From: a virus
Strand: one strand, 5' to 3'
Virus record (IMG/VR): IMGVR_UViG_3300031578_000013
Coordinates: 12,162-76,161 of that record
DNA length: 64,000 nucleotides
The notes beneath the pieces are model-generated. The model did not search any database and was not told where the DNA came from. It saw nothing but the letters and a program-made list of their open reading frames with translations. Shown in pieces: positions 23,350 through 33,293 of the stretch. The translations under genes were made by a program, and so were the position numbers. Each line of letters begins with the position of its first letter. The first letter of the stretch is position 1.

Positions 23350-25617
23350 TTAGATTACTATATGATACATTCTTTTGTTGCCATCCTGAATCATCTTTAT
23401 CTCTTCGCTTTCAATCAATGTTCGGATAGCCCTGGCGAATTCGGTAGAATCCATCTTTGTTCTTTTCAACAATGCAGTGTGTTTAGCAATGCCACCAAAT
23501 GCTTTGAGCGACTCTAATACATGCAGTTGCTTATTGGTGACATCAACCTTATTTGAATAGTCGACCACTATCATCATTCGTGGTAGAAGATATTTCTCAA
23601 CAATTAGTATCGCCTCACGCACCCAACGTTCGGGTATCTCTACTCGAATCGGATAATCTGATCTGCCCAAAACCTCTTTCTGAAAATCTGGATCAAACAT
23701 GGCAAGCACCATAGCAATCTTATAAACGTGGATAACACTTCTCCCGGTTGCCGCCTGATATGTTTCATCATCGCTTCGTTTGCTGATGTCCATACTCCAC
23801 TGTTCAATTATATCATTAACCGTGAAACATATAGAGTCTGGTTGCATTCGTTTTAGAACAGTTCCTATGTTGACCAGTTCGTTTTTAATATCCGCAATAT
23901 CTTTTAAATCACCCGTGCTTGCCGTCACGTTTTTTTTCTTTTCACCACCATGTTCTAAAAACCATAACCACCTGTAAAAGAAACCACTTCCAACAATCTT
24001 ATTGGTGGATGCTTCTTTTAATTGGTTGATAGTCATATTAAATAATAAACTCAAAAACGGCGTGGGGCATATCCATTTGTTATCTTCTGAATCGGGTTTG
24101 TTGCTTTTATTGGATCGTGCGCTTTCAAGCGACGAGCCATCATACGCAGTACATAAATTACCTATGATTGGTGCATTCCAACCCCGCTCTGAACTCTCGT
24201 CAAAGAATTCTTTGGCCTCGTCATAGTACCACAGCATATTGTGCGACTTGCTTAAATCCTGTACCAATCTTGGGTTGCTACAGGATTTTCTTTTTAATAC
24301 TGTGCTATCGGTTGGATTTACAAGCGTTGGTATATTTACTGTTGGTATTCCCAACTCCTGTATTGCCGTATCCGACGAGAATGATTTCCCCGATATTGTG
24401 CTTGTCCCAACCAACATCATATTAAAATTGGTATAGGTATATTTAGTTGAAATCAAAACCCCGACGCGCCTACCCAACGCCATAGCTGCGATTGCCAGAA
24501 GGTTTCCAAAGTGATATGACTTGTGGGAATACATCAGTCGCCCTCCCACTTCCATCCACTTCTTAAATAGTGGGTGTGTTATCTCTGGGAGAGGCGGGAG
24601 ATTGTCGCATAGTTTAATCGCGTCGCGTATTACTTTTATCTCGACTTGGGTGAGTTGTTGGGTGGAAGTAGTTGAAACCGTTTGTTTTGTTTTTTTGAGA
24701 AACGCAGTTGCGATTTCGCTACCGTGCTTGATATCTCCAGTAGACGTGGGTTTGTAAAAACCAGTACATGTGTCAATTGCTTTCCGAATTGTAATCTGTG
24801 ATAGATATGTTTTGTGACTATTCCACTTATCTCGTAATAATCCCGATTGTCGCATTATGCGTTCAATCTGGTTTGCGTCTCTGGTGTAGAATGCCAGAAT
24901 ACTTGCGAGTGCCATATCTGAACTACTACGATCCGATCCGCCATCTCCATTCATAAGGCGCAGGAATTTATCGGATGATGTCGAGTGTGAAATTATACTA
25001 ATGATATCTTCATCGGATAAGTCGTTGGTATCGGTTGGGGGGGTGAGATGTTTCGGTGGTGTTGGATTAAGAAACGGATCACACAATAGCCGGATCAATT
25101 CAGCCGGATATTCCTTTATGGTTGATGGAGTGCCAACAAATTGATTTCCCGTAACCGTGAAATATCTACCTTCCGAATATATTTCCAGATCGCCTTTCTT
25201 TCTACCAGTGGTATAGGGTTTTGTTTTACAACGGAGTATAAGATGTAATCCAGTTCCAGATGGAGATATTTCAGTATATGTTTTTAGTTGTGTGAGAATA
25301 AGGGCAAACTTGTCAGAAACGTTGCCATCGAGTAAACAGTGGTCTAAATCTATACCAACAATACCGTTACCATCGAATACAAATCCTATTCCCTTATCAG
25401 GTGCGGGTGGAATAGACCGAACCTCTTCATATGATCTCCACGTTGTTTTATCTGTGGATATTGCGAGTGTTCTCTTATCGGAGTATGGGAGTTTTGTTAG
25501 TTTGTTATCTTTGGTTAATGTTAATTTCCACCCCACCCAGTTTGGTAGTTGCTTAAGTTCCTCTGGAACGGTGGAATAGTCATCTGGTGGTATCTGCGGT
25601 GAATGCACAGAGATCAC
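23350..25617 (-). CDS. Primase-polymerase (AEP, NrS-1-like) fused to a DUF3987-like P-loop/helicase domain
   Basis: GIDLD, EISPSGTGLH, EIYSEGRYFT, DRSSSDMALASILAF, GTSTISGKS, YYDE. Confidence 0.85.
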   Translation of the reverse strand: MISVHSPQIPPDDYSTVPEELKQLPNWVGWKLTLTKDNKLTKLPYSDKRTLAISTDKTTWRSYEEVRSIPPAPDKGIGFVFDGNGIVGIDLDHCLLDGNVSDKFALILTQLKTYTEISPSGTGLHLILRCKTKPYTTGRKKGDLEIYSEGRYFTVTGNQFVGTPSTIKEYPAELIRLLCDPFLNPTPPKHLTPPTDTNDLSDEDIISIISHSTSSDKFLRLMNGDGGSDRSSSDMALASILAFYTRDANQIERIMRQSGLLRDKWNSHKTYLSQITIRKAIDTCTGFYKPTSTGDIKHGSEIATAFLKKTKQTVSTTSTQQLTQVEIKVIRDAIKLCDNLPPLPEITHPLFKKWMEVGGRLMYSHKSYHFGNLLAIAAMALGRRVGVLISTKYTYTNFNMMLVGTSTISGKSFSSDTAIQELGIPTVNIPTLVNPTDSTVLKRKSCSNPRLVQDLSKSHNMLWYYDEAKEFFDESSERGWNAPIIGNLCTAYDGSSLESARSNKSNKPDSEDNKWICPTPFLSLLFNMTINQLKEASTNKIVGSGFFYRWLWFLEHGGEKKKNVTASTGDLKDIADIKNELVNIGTVLKRMQPDSICFTVNDIIEQWSMDISKRSDDETYQAATGRSVIHVYKIAMVLAMFDPDFQKEVLGRSDYPIRVEIPERWVREAILIVEKYLLPRMMIVVDYSNKVDVTNKQLHVLESLKAFGGIAKHTALLKRTKMDSTEFARAIRTLIESEEIKMIQDGNKRMYHIVI

Positions 25618-25787
25618 AACGGGGTTTCTAGGTAATCCGATAATTTAACAACCGTCCCATAACTTACATTTCCAGGCATCCCTTTGGCGATGCGCCACAC
25701 GGTAAGATATGATACTTCAGAGCGGCGGGATACTTCCGTGAGTTTTCTATCTTGTAAAATTTTTGTAATTTCTTCTAAAGTGAGCAT
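25614..25787 (-). CDS. Cro/XRE-like HTH protein (absent from ORF track)
   Basis: 57 aa, MLTLEEITKILQDRKLTEVSRRSEVSYLTVWRIAKG...; GTGA overlap with primase. Confidence 0.75.
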   Translation of the reverse strand: MLTLEEITKILQDRKLTEVSRRSEVSYLTVWRIAKGMPGNVSYGTVVKLSDYLETPL

Positions 25788-25941
25788 GAAAGTAAGTTGT
25801 GCTTCCTTCTATATATCATTTACCAAATGATAATTTTTGTTTATCAGAAGATATAAATACTAACCTATCTAACATAGTATCGCAGAGCGTTAACACGCCG
25901 AGCAACCAACCAATCGAACAACCAATCGAACGGAGAACACC
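25788..25941. promoter_or_regulatory. Divergent archaeal promoters of the replication module
   Basis: GATATATA on minus strand (25817-25810), ATATAAAT on plus strand (25851); 12-bp tandem AACCAATCGAAC 25908-25931. Confidence 0.6.
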
Positions 25942-26718
25942 ATGATCGATCTCAAATCAATTTCAAAAAACACGGTTAAATCACCACGCATTGTAGTGTA
26001 TGGGCCACCCGGAGTAGGTAAGACTACCTTTGCAGCGATGTCTGAACAACCAATTTTTATTCTAACAGAAGAAGGTCTTGGCGATTTGGAGGATATACAC
26101 GCGATCCCAGTGGACGAATCTGGAAAGCCCCACGTCGCAACAACATTCGCAGATGTTATAGATTGTTTTGCAGCACTTGGAAGTCAGGATCACGATTTCA
26201 AAACAGTCGTGATTGATAGTCTTGATGCGCTTGAACAACTCATATGGGCATCTACTTGCAGGCGCATGGGTTATTCTTCAATCGAAGCCCCAGGATGGGC
26301 CAAAGGATATAGAGAAGCAAACACAGAGTGGGATGAATTTTTCGCATGTGTGTCGGCATTACGCGACATAAAGAATATGACTGTAATTATGATTGCGCAT
26401 AGCGCATACACTCATATTAACGATCCAGAGCGCCCGTCCTATGATACCAACACGTTGAATGTCCACAAGTATGCTATTCCCATAATTGTTGGTACAGCAG
26501 ATATTGTTGGGTTTGCAGCACAGAAAGTTTACACGCAAGCGGATGCCATCCCCGGTAAAAAGGATGACAAGCGTGTCCGTGCGGTTGCTGGAGTTAAACG
26601 CGAACTTCGCCTATCTATCTCCCCCGCATTCACCGCAAAGAACCGCTATCATATGCCAGACAGTGTACCGCTATCGTGGGAAGAATTTGCAAAGTATTTA
26701 CCGAATGGAGGAACCTAA
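25942..26718 (+). CDS. sak4: Sak4-like AAA ATPase (AAA_24) single-strand annealing protein
   Basis: YGPPGVGKT, TEEG, VVIDSLD, MIAH, AKNR. Confidence 0.85.
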   Translation: MIDLKSISKNTVKSPRIVVYGPPGVGKTTFAAMSEQPIFILTEEGLGDLEDIHAIPVDESGKPHVATTFADVIDCFAALGSQDHDFKTVVIDSLDALEQLIWASTCRRMGYSSIEAPGWAKGYREANTEWDEFFACVSALRDIKNMTVIMIAHSAYTHINDPERPSYDTNTLNVHKYAIPIIVGTADIVGFAAQKVYTQADAIPGKKDDKRVRAVAGVKRELRLSISPAFTAKNRYHMPDSVPLSWEEFAKYLPNGGT

Positions 26719-26721
26719 ATT

Positions 26722-27234
26722 ATGGCAGCAATTAATTTTGATTCAAACTTGGTTGAACCGGCTGGTTCATTCGAGCCACTACCGATTGGAGAATACACCG
26801 TTGTTATTTCAGCATCGGAAATCAAACCAACAAACAAGGACAAGGACAAGCCCGAATCCGAACAGAGGAATAAGTACCTTTTGCTAACGTATGATGTTGC
26901 AGACGGTAAGTTTCAAGGCAGGCTGATATTTGATCGGCTTAATATCAAAAACGAAACCCCAAAAGCACAGGAGATCGCAGAGCGATCATTATCGGCAATA
27001 TGCAGAGCAACCGGAATTTTGCATCCAGATGTAACCGAAGAGTTACACGGTATCCCATTCATCGTGAAACTTGGTATTAGGCCAGGAGACGATAAATATG
27101 GCCCTACCAACGATATAAAGGAATACAAACGCATTGACGGGGTTAAACTTTCCGAAGTGTGCGATAGTGCGCCGACAGAAAAGAAAGCAGCAGCACCCGC
27201 AAAGAAGAAGATGCCGTGGGAGAAGAAGGCATAA
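26722..27234 (+). CDS. ssb: DUF669-family ssDNA-binding protein
   Basis: FEPLPIGEY, DRLN, LSAICRA, ELHG, C-terminal PW tail; follows Sak4. Confidence 0.8.
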   Translation: MAAINFDSNLVEPAGSFEPLPIGEYTVVISASEIKPTNKDKDKPESEQRNKYLLLTYDVADGKFQGRLIFDRLNIKNETPKAQEIAERSLSAICRATGILHPDVTEELHGIPFIVKLGIRPGDDKYGPTNDIKEYKRIDGVKLSEVCDSAPTEKKAAAPAKKKMPWEKKA

Positions 27235-27292
27235 ATTATTTTTTATGACAATATGGCATCGTGTAGCCAGTTGTTATGTACGAGGTTTAACA

Positions 27293-28273
27293 ATGTCTAA
27301 ACTACCAACCGAGCAAACACTAACAGTAGACTTGATCTACAAAATGTATGAAGAAAAGAACGGTGACTGGAGACGCAACCATATGGGAGCATCACAGATT
27401 GGGCATTCATGTGAACGTAAGTTGTGGTATGATTTTCTGTGGTGTTCCGAACCAAAGTTCGATGGGAGAATGCTGCGGTTGTTCCAGACTGGATTTAGGG
27501 AAGAGTCCCGCATCATAGATGAATTGCGAGCGAACGGTATAACCGTCTATTCGGTTGATCCGTATTCGGGCAAGCAGATCCACTACGAGGACTTTGGTGG
27601 TCATCTTGGTGGTTCACTTGATGGCGTAGCAATTGGGTTTCCCGAAGCACCAAAAACATATCACGTTCTCGAAATTAAAACGGCAAATACCAAATCAACC
27701 AACGCATTAACGAAGAATGGCGTTGCTGCTGCAAAACCAGTCCATTACGCACAGATGCAGATATACATGCGGTGGGCGGGTCTTGAACGGGCAATGTATC
27801 TTTCCGTATGCAAAGAAACGGATTTCATTTATGAAGAGCGGGTTTACTATGATGAAGCGGTTGCCCTTCGGTTGAAGAATAAAGCAGAGCGTATTATTTT
27901 CTCTGCTTCCCCACCACACCAAATTGGAACTCCAGACAATTTCGAATGCAAATGGTGTAACCATAAAGATGTTTGCCACCAATGGAAACTCCCGATAATC
28001 AGTTGCAGAGTTTGTGCATTCGTGAATGCAGAAGAAAATGGAAAGTGGATGTGCACTAGAGAGGGCAGGGTGTTGTCTCCGCTCGATCAGCGAATGGCGT
28101 GCGAGAAACACTGCTTCGTCCCTGGGGTTGTTCCACTCGAACAAACTGATGCATCTGAAGAGAAAGGAACCATAACCTACGGGGATATCACTAACGGATT
28201 TGGAGAGGTGCTGTCGAAGGATTTACAGGGGGTTGTTGATTGTCAAACTGGGCACGCAGACAAAGTTGGGTGA
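27293..28273 (+). CDS. Cas4-like PD-(D/E)xK exonuclease
   Basis: GASQIGHSCER, GSLDG, LEIKT, QMQIYM, CKWC...C. Confidence 0.85.
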   Translation: MSKLPTEQTLTVDLIYKMYEEKNGDWRRNHMGASQIGHSCERKLWYDFLWCSEPKFDGRMLRLFQTGFREESRIIDELRANGITVYSVDPYSGKQIHYEDFGGHLGGSLDGVAIGFPEAPKTYHVLEIKTANTKSTNALTKNGVAAAKPVHYAQMQIYMRWAGLERAMYLSVCKETDFIYEERVYYDEAVALRLKNKAERIIFSASPPHQIGTPDNFECKWCNHKDVCHQWKLPIISCRVCAFVNAEENGKWMCTREGRVLSPLDQRMACEKHCFVPGVVPLEQTDASEEKGTITYGDITNGFGEVLSKDLQGVVDCQTGHADKVG

Positions 28274-28311
28274 CGAAAGATACTCATACTAATATCGTAA
28301 AAGATATTACT

Positions 28312-28437
28312 ATGATAACAGACAAAGAGTGTAAACGTTGTGGTCACAAGTGGATCCCCAGAACACATGATGATCCCATAGTATGCCCGGTTTGTAAATC
28401 TCCTTATTGGAATAGGGATAGGAAGGATCGGCGGTGA
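28312..28437 (+). CDS. Small zinc-ribbon protein
   Basis: CKRCGHKWIPR...CPVCKSPYW. Confidence 0.7.
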   Translation: MITDKECKRCGHKWIPRTHDDPIVCPVCKSPYWNRDRKDRR

Positions 28438-28817
28438 ACCATATCGGAGTGTATGGGAGAAAAAGGGGAACCGCAATAGTTGACACACCCAAAGGAATTG
28501 TTGTAGTTAAAGGTAAAGATCCCAATTCAAAGTTTATTCTTCCGGGTGGTGGGCCGAAAGGAAGAGAATCCAGATTGGAGGCATCTGTTCGTGAGTTGCG
28601 CGAAGAGACAGGATTGATTGCAAGGGGTGTTTTATTTATGTTTGATTACCAAAAATCAAAGGTATTCCTTATAGACGCGATTGGACTTCCGCACCACCAC
28701 CATGAGATTGCTGCTATCGGATATTATACTCCATATAGTAACGTTGCGATTACATACGATACTCTAATGGTGATAGAACAATACTTAAGAATGAGGAATA
28801 GGATGAGAAGAAAATGA
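28434..28817 (+). CDS. NUDIX hydrolase
   Basis: LPGGGPKGRESRLEASVRELREETGL Nudix box. Confidence 0.9.
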   Translation: MNHIGVYGRKRGTAIVDTPKGIVVVKGKDPNSKFILPGGGPKGRESRLEASVRELREETGLIARGVLFMFDYQKSKVFLIDAIGLPHHHHEIAAIGYYTPYSNVAITYDTLMVIEQYLRMRNRMRRK

Positions 28818-29527
28818 CCACAAGAGTTTGCACGCAGTGTGGTGTAGAGAAAGACGTGGGTTTATTTTATATAGAAAATAGGAGTAAAAAACCAAGATCG
28901 ACGTGTATTAAATGTACCAGTTCCGCATGCAAACGATACCGAGAAAACAATGCAGATGTATTAAAGGAACACGCAAAATTATATCGGTGCGCCAACAAGC
29001 AGGAGATATCGGAACGCAGTAAAGTGTATCGTATGCAGAATTCTGAGTTACTAAAACAAAAGAAACGAGAACGGTTTGCAGCAAATTCCGAAGTATTGAA
29101 TGCAAGACATAGAGCAAAGCATCAACAAAATAAAGATTACGACAACGCAAAAACCAAAGAATATCGTGATGCAAATAGAGAAAAAATCAGGGTGTCGGAT
29201 AGAGCATATTATCTCAATCCAATACGCCAAGCAAAAACAAAATGGTATAGTCATAATCGGAGGCAGAGAATTTTGAATAGTGATGCATCTCTTACGGTAA
29301 AACAGTGGATGAGAATTATAGAGATGCAGAATAACAAATGTTCCAATTGTGGGCGTATGTTCGGTGAACATCTAAAACCAACAAGGGATCACATCATTCC
29401 TGTATCGCTTGGAGGAGGCTTGACGTTTGGTAACGTTCAGGCACTTTGCCACTCGTGCAACTGTAAGAAGAGTAGTAGCGTCATATTCACAAGAGCATTA
29501 AATGAATTGCTGGTGAACCCATGCTAA
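28814..29527 (+). CDS. HNH homing endonuclease
   Basis: CSNC...DHIIP..LGG...NVQALCHSCN; N-terminal CxxC and helical repeats. Confidence 0.9.
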   Translation: MTTRVCTQCGVEKDVGLFYIENRSKKPRSTCIKCTSSACKRYRENNADVLKEHAKLYRCANKQEISERSKVYRMQNSELLKQKKRERFAANSEVLNARHRAKHQQNKDYDNAKTKEYRDANREKIRVSDRAYYLNPIRQAKTKWYSHNRRQRILNSDASLTVKQWMRIIEMQNNKCSNCGRMFGEHLKPTRDHIIPVSLGGGLTFGNVQALCHSCNCKKSSSVIFTRALNELLVNPC

Positions 29528-31203
29528 CCCTTCGTCCATATCAACAGAAAGCAATACGAGACTTATTTGAGTTTTGGGAGTCTGATAAAGGAAATAACGC
29601 CGTCGTGGTCATGCCAACGGGATCTGGGAAAAGTTTATTAATCGCAGATTTCTGTAGACAGGTGGGTTTAGAAAATCCACTTGTAAGAATACTAATCGTT
29701 ACTCACTCAAGAGAACTCGTTTGGCAAAACGAAAAGGAATTAAAGTTATATTGGCCAGAAGCAATAACTGGTATATATTCGGCTGGTCTTAAATCAAGGG
29801 ACACGGATAAACCAATTCTTTTTTGTGGAATTCAAAGCGTCTATAACAAAGCATTCGAGTTTGGGAAGATAGATATTGTCGTGATTGACGAGTGTCATGC
29901 GATTTCAAGAAAGGCGGGTTCGCGGTATCAGCAATTCTTTAAAGATTTGCGTATTGCCAACCCGAATGTTGTGATTTGGGGATGCACCGCAACACCATTC
30001 AGATTGGAGAGCGGTTTAATACACGAAGGCAAAGATGCCATATTTGATGAAATCGTGCATGTAACAGAGATCAAAAATCTTATTAAAGATGGGTTTCTCG
30101 TTCCGTTGATATCAAAGGGTGGTATGAGATCAATTGACTTGACAAATGTAAAAATAAAGGCTGGCGAGTACGATGCAAAAGATTTAGCATATGCCGCAGA
30201 CGATCCAATACTTGTAAAACTTGCAGTAGAGGAGATTGTGACGTGTGGAGAAAAGCGTAAATCGTGGATTATATTTGCGGCTGGCGTTGCACATGCTGAA
30301 CACATTGTAAGTGCGCTGCAATGGCGTGGTATTGACTGTCACCTTATTACTGGTGAAACCCCACTGGATGAGCGCGATAGAGTCATCTCAAAATTCAGAG
30401 CGGGTAAGTTGAGATGTATTGTAAACATTGGCGTTCTCACTACAGGGTTCAATGCCCCTTGCACGGATTTGATAGCACTTCTATTTTCGACATTATCTAC
30501 TGGAAAATATATACAAGTCTGTGGGCGAGGTATGAGAACACATACAGGCAAAAGAGATTGTTTGTTGTTAGATTTTGGTGGCAACATTTTAAAACACGGA
30601 CTTATTGATGAACTTGATCCCGTAAGAAAAAAAGATATATTGTGCATGCCTATGGCAACCCCTCCCATGAAACAGTGCGAAAGATGTAATGCAATTGTTC
30701 ATCCGAGAGTTTTGATATGTCCAGTTTGCGAACAGGCATTCCCGGTAATATCTCCGCATGGAACTACCGCATACGAAGGGCCGGTTCTCTCTACGCAAGT
30801 TCTACCATTCATAGTAGAAGTGAAAGACCAGTGGATAAGCAGGCACAAGAAACAAGGAGGCAAGGACTCAGTCAAGGTTGCATTTTATGACTCGATTGAA
30901 AAAGAGTATGCGTTGTGGTTAGCACTTGATCACGGAGGATACGCTTCCGAAAAAGCAAGAGCACTTGTTAAACAATTTGGGGGTAGTGCCACAACCGTTG
31001 ACATGGCATTGAAAGAACAATTCACCTGGAAGAAAGCAACGCACATCCGCGTAAGAAAAGAAGGCAAATTCTTTCGTATAGATGGGTTTGTGTTTGCACC
31101 CAGAGTATTGCAGCAGACAATTCATACGCAGCAACAAACCATTGGTGGTGGCGTACCGATTGACGATCAATTTTGGAATGAAAAAATAAGGAGAAAAGTA
31201 TGA
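29521..31203 (+). CDS. SF2 DExH helicase, RadD/YejH-like with Zn finger
   Basis: LRPYQ, MPTGSGKS, DECH, TATP, LTTGFN, QVCGRGMR, CxxC pairs. Confidence 0.9.
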   Translation: MLTLRPYQQKAIRDLFEFWESDKGNNAVVVMPTGSGKSLLIADFCRQVGLENPLVRILIVTHSRELVWQNEKELKLYWPEAITGIYSAGLKSRDTDKPILFCGIQSVYNKAFEFGKIDIVVIDECHAISRKAGSRYQQFFKDLRIANPNVVIWGCTATPFRLESGLIHEGKDAIFDEIVHVTEIKNLIKDGFLVPLISKGGMRSIDLTNVKIKAGEYDAKDLAYAADDPILVKLAVEEIVTCGEKRKSWIIFAAGVAHAEHIVSALQWRGIDCHLITGETPLDERDRVISKFRAGKLRCIVNIGVLTTGFNAPCTDLIALLFSTLSTGKYIQVCGRGMRTHTGKRDCLLLDFGGNILKHGLIDELDPVRKKDILCMPMATPPMKQCERCNAIVHPRVLICPVCEQAFPVISPHGTTAYEGPVLSTQVLPFIVEVKDQWISRHKKQGGKDSVKVAFYDSIEKEYALWLALDHGGYASEKARALVKQFGGSATTVDMALKEQFTWKKATHIRVRKEGKFFRIDGFVFAPRVLQQTIHTQQQTIGGGVPIDDQFWNEKIRRKV

Positions 31204-31529
31204 GCGACGAGCACTCGGGGCAATCGGGGTTTGTTCGGTGGTTTCGTAATAAATATCCAAGCATCTTAATTTTTGCCATCCCTAACGGAAGTTACAGGGA
31301 TATGTCAACTGCGAAGAAATTAAAAAAAGAGGGGGTTGTTTCGGGTGTCCCCGACTTGTATGTACCGAAGTACCATTTATGGATTGAGATGAAGCGCAAA
31401 GAGGGCGGCGTGTTATCAGAGGAACAAAAGGCAATGCATCACTACTTAACTATGATAGGGGATACGGTAATAGTTGGTTACGGTGCAGAAGACGCAAGCC
31501 GCAAAGTTTTAGGGGTGATTGGATGGTAA
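31200..31529 (+). CDS. VRR-NUC nuclease
   Basis: AIPNG, GVVSGVPDL, IEMK, LSEEQ. Confidence 0.85.
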   Translation: MSDEHSGQSGFVRWFRNKYPSILIFAIPNGSYRDMSTAKKLKKEGVVSGVPDLYVPKYHLWIEMKRKEGGVLSEEQKAMHHYLTMIGDTVIVGYGAEDASRKVLGVIGW

Positions 31530-32584
31530 TCGTAATTGAAGGGGATTGTCTTGATGTCATGAAGATGTTTGATAATGATATGTTCGACTCCATCGTGACT
31601 GATCCACCAGCAGGGATTTCATTCATGGGAAAAAAGTGGGATCATGACAAAGGTGGGCGTAACCAGTGGATAGCGTGGATGACAACCGTTGCTACCGAAT
31701 GTCTGCGTGTCATTAAACCCGGTGGACACGCATTGGTATGGTCTATTCCGAGAACGAGCCATTGGACTGCTACAGCGTGGGAAAATGCGGGGTGGGAATG
31801 TCGCGACAAAATTGTACATATTTTCGGAAGTGGGTTTCCGAAAAGTTTAAATATAAGTAAATCTTTGGATGCGATGTTGGGAGCAGAGCGGGAAGTTATT
31901 GGGAATAGAACGAGAGTATATGGTTACGAGAAGGACTATCACAATTCGTTTGATAATGCATTGTTTGATGTGGGAAACAATAATAAAATTACCGCTCCCA
32001 CAACAGACATTGCTAAACTTTTTGACGGCTACGGCACCTCACTCAAACCGGCGCACGAAGATTGGTTGCTCTTTCGTAAACCATTGGCGGGCACAGTCGC
32101 GCAGAACGTTTTAAAATATGGCGTGGGTGGGATTAACATTGACGGGTGTAGGGTTGAGTTAAACGGAGAAAAGCCATTCCACTATCCAAACGGTGCGGGG
32201 GGTAGCGATCCTAATCATATGTGGCGAGGTAGAGAGAAGGGAGATGGTGACATTCCGCAGATGGGGAATGACAAAGGACGTTTCCCTGCGAATTTAATTC
32301 TTGACGATAGTGAATGTGTGAGGGAGTTGTTTCCACATAGCAAATCTGGGGCAATGACAAAGCCATATGTTTATACAAATACGGGCCATTCGTTAGGTAA
32401 GCCTGCAGGTTCCACAAAAACACTTTGTGAATCAAGTGAAGGTTCCGCAGCCCGTTTCTTCTATTGTGCGAAGGCGAGCAGAAGCGAAAGATCAGAAGGA
32501 TGCGAAGAGTTTTATACTTTAAACAGCAATATATCTACAGATGACATAAACGAGATTGTTAAAATACTCGCTTTTGTTACATAA
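31523..32584 (+). CDS. Beta-class N6A/N4C DNA methyltransferase, N-terminal part
   Basis: GDCL, VTDPPAG (motif IV), RVIKPGG, GRFPAN, AARFFYCAKAS; lacks the SAM-binding motif I. Confidence 0.85.
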   Translation: MVIVIEGDCLDVMKMFDNDMFDSIVTDPPAGISFMGKKWDHDKGGRNQWIAWMTTVATECLRVIKPGGHALVWSIPRTSHWTATAWENAGWECRDKIVHIFGSGFPKSLNISKSLDAMLGAEREVIGNRTRVYGYEKDYHNSFDNALFDVGNNNKITAPTTDIAKLFDGYGTSLKPAHEDWLLFRKPLAGTVAQNVLKYGVGGINIDGCRVELNGEKPFHYPNGAGGSDPNHMWRGREKGDGDIPQMGNDKGRFPANLILDDSECVRELFPHSKSGAMTKPYVYTNTGHSLGKPAGSTKTLCESSEGSAARFFYCAKASRSERSEGCEEFYTLNSNISTDDINEIVKILAFVT

Positions 32585-32593
32585 GGTAATATT

Positions 32594-33292
32594 ATGGGTA
32601 AGCGAACGGTTTTTAAAAAATATATAATAAAAAAATGTATTTTTTGTGGTGTTGATATACTAAAACGCTCAAATGAAAGCATCAATACCTATTATAAACG
32701 AAAGTTTTGCAAATTGTCTTGCCAACATCAATGGAATGCGAAAAATAAAAGTAGCGATGTCAAATGTGATTTTTGTGGAATTTTATTAAGACGGAGAAAC
32801 AGTGGCATCGGGGTTCATAATTTTTGTTCAGAACGTTGCCAATATAAATATTATTCTCAAACTCACACAAAAATCGCTTCGTGTAATTGGTGTGGGAAAT
32901 CATTTACTAAAAAATTATCGGATCGTAAAACCAAAAGAGTATTTTGTACACGAAAATGCATGGGTGAGTGGCAATCTAAATATGTTATAGGAGAATTGTC
33001 CCCCAGTTGGAATGGGGGATCGTCTTCACTGAATCGTAGAATACGTAGTTTGGTGAAATATGTTACTTGGATGAAACGAGTTTATAATAGGGATAATTAT
33101 ACCTGTCAAGTGTGCGGAGATGCAGTTGGTGGAAATTTAAATGTGCACCATATTAAATCTCTTTCAAAAATTATCAAAGATTGTGGTATAAAATGTATTG
33201 CAGATGCCATCATTTGTTCCGAGTTGTGGGATATAGAAAATGGTGTAACAGTTTGTAAAAAATGTCATGCAATTAAACACAGGAGGAAATAG
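32594..33292 (+). CDS. HNH endonuclease inserted in the methyltransferase
   Basis: Three CxxC...FCS-type zinc fingers, WNGG, RDNYTCQVC, VHHIK, NGVTVCKKCH. Confidence 0.9.
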   Translation: MGKRTVFKKYIIKKCIFCGVDILKRSNESINTYYKRKFCKLSCQHQWNAKNKSSDVKCDFCGILLRRRNSGIGVHNFCSERCQYKYYSQTHTKIASCNWCGKSFTKKLSDRKTKRVFCTRKCMGEWQSKYVIGELSPSWNGGSSSLNRRIRSLVKYVTWMKRVYNRDNYTCQVCGDAVGGNLNVHHIKSLSKIIKDCGIKCIADAIICSELWDIENGVTVCKKCHAIKHRRK

Positions 33293-33293
33293 A

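Noticed and set aside
27293-28273. CRISPR-Cas locus suggested by the Cas4-like gene
   Set aside because: No cas1/cas2 and no repeat-spacer array; context is a recombination module
32585-33293. Group I/II intron or intein in the methyltransferase
   Set aside because: No non-coding room for a ribozyme core, in-frame stop present, no intein terminal motifs
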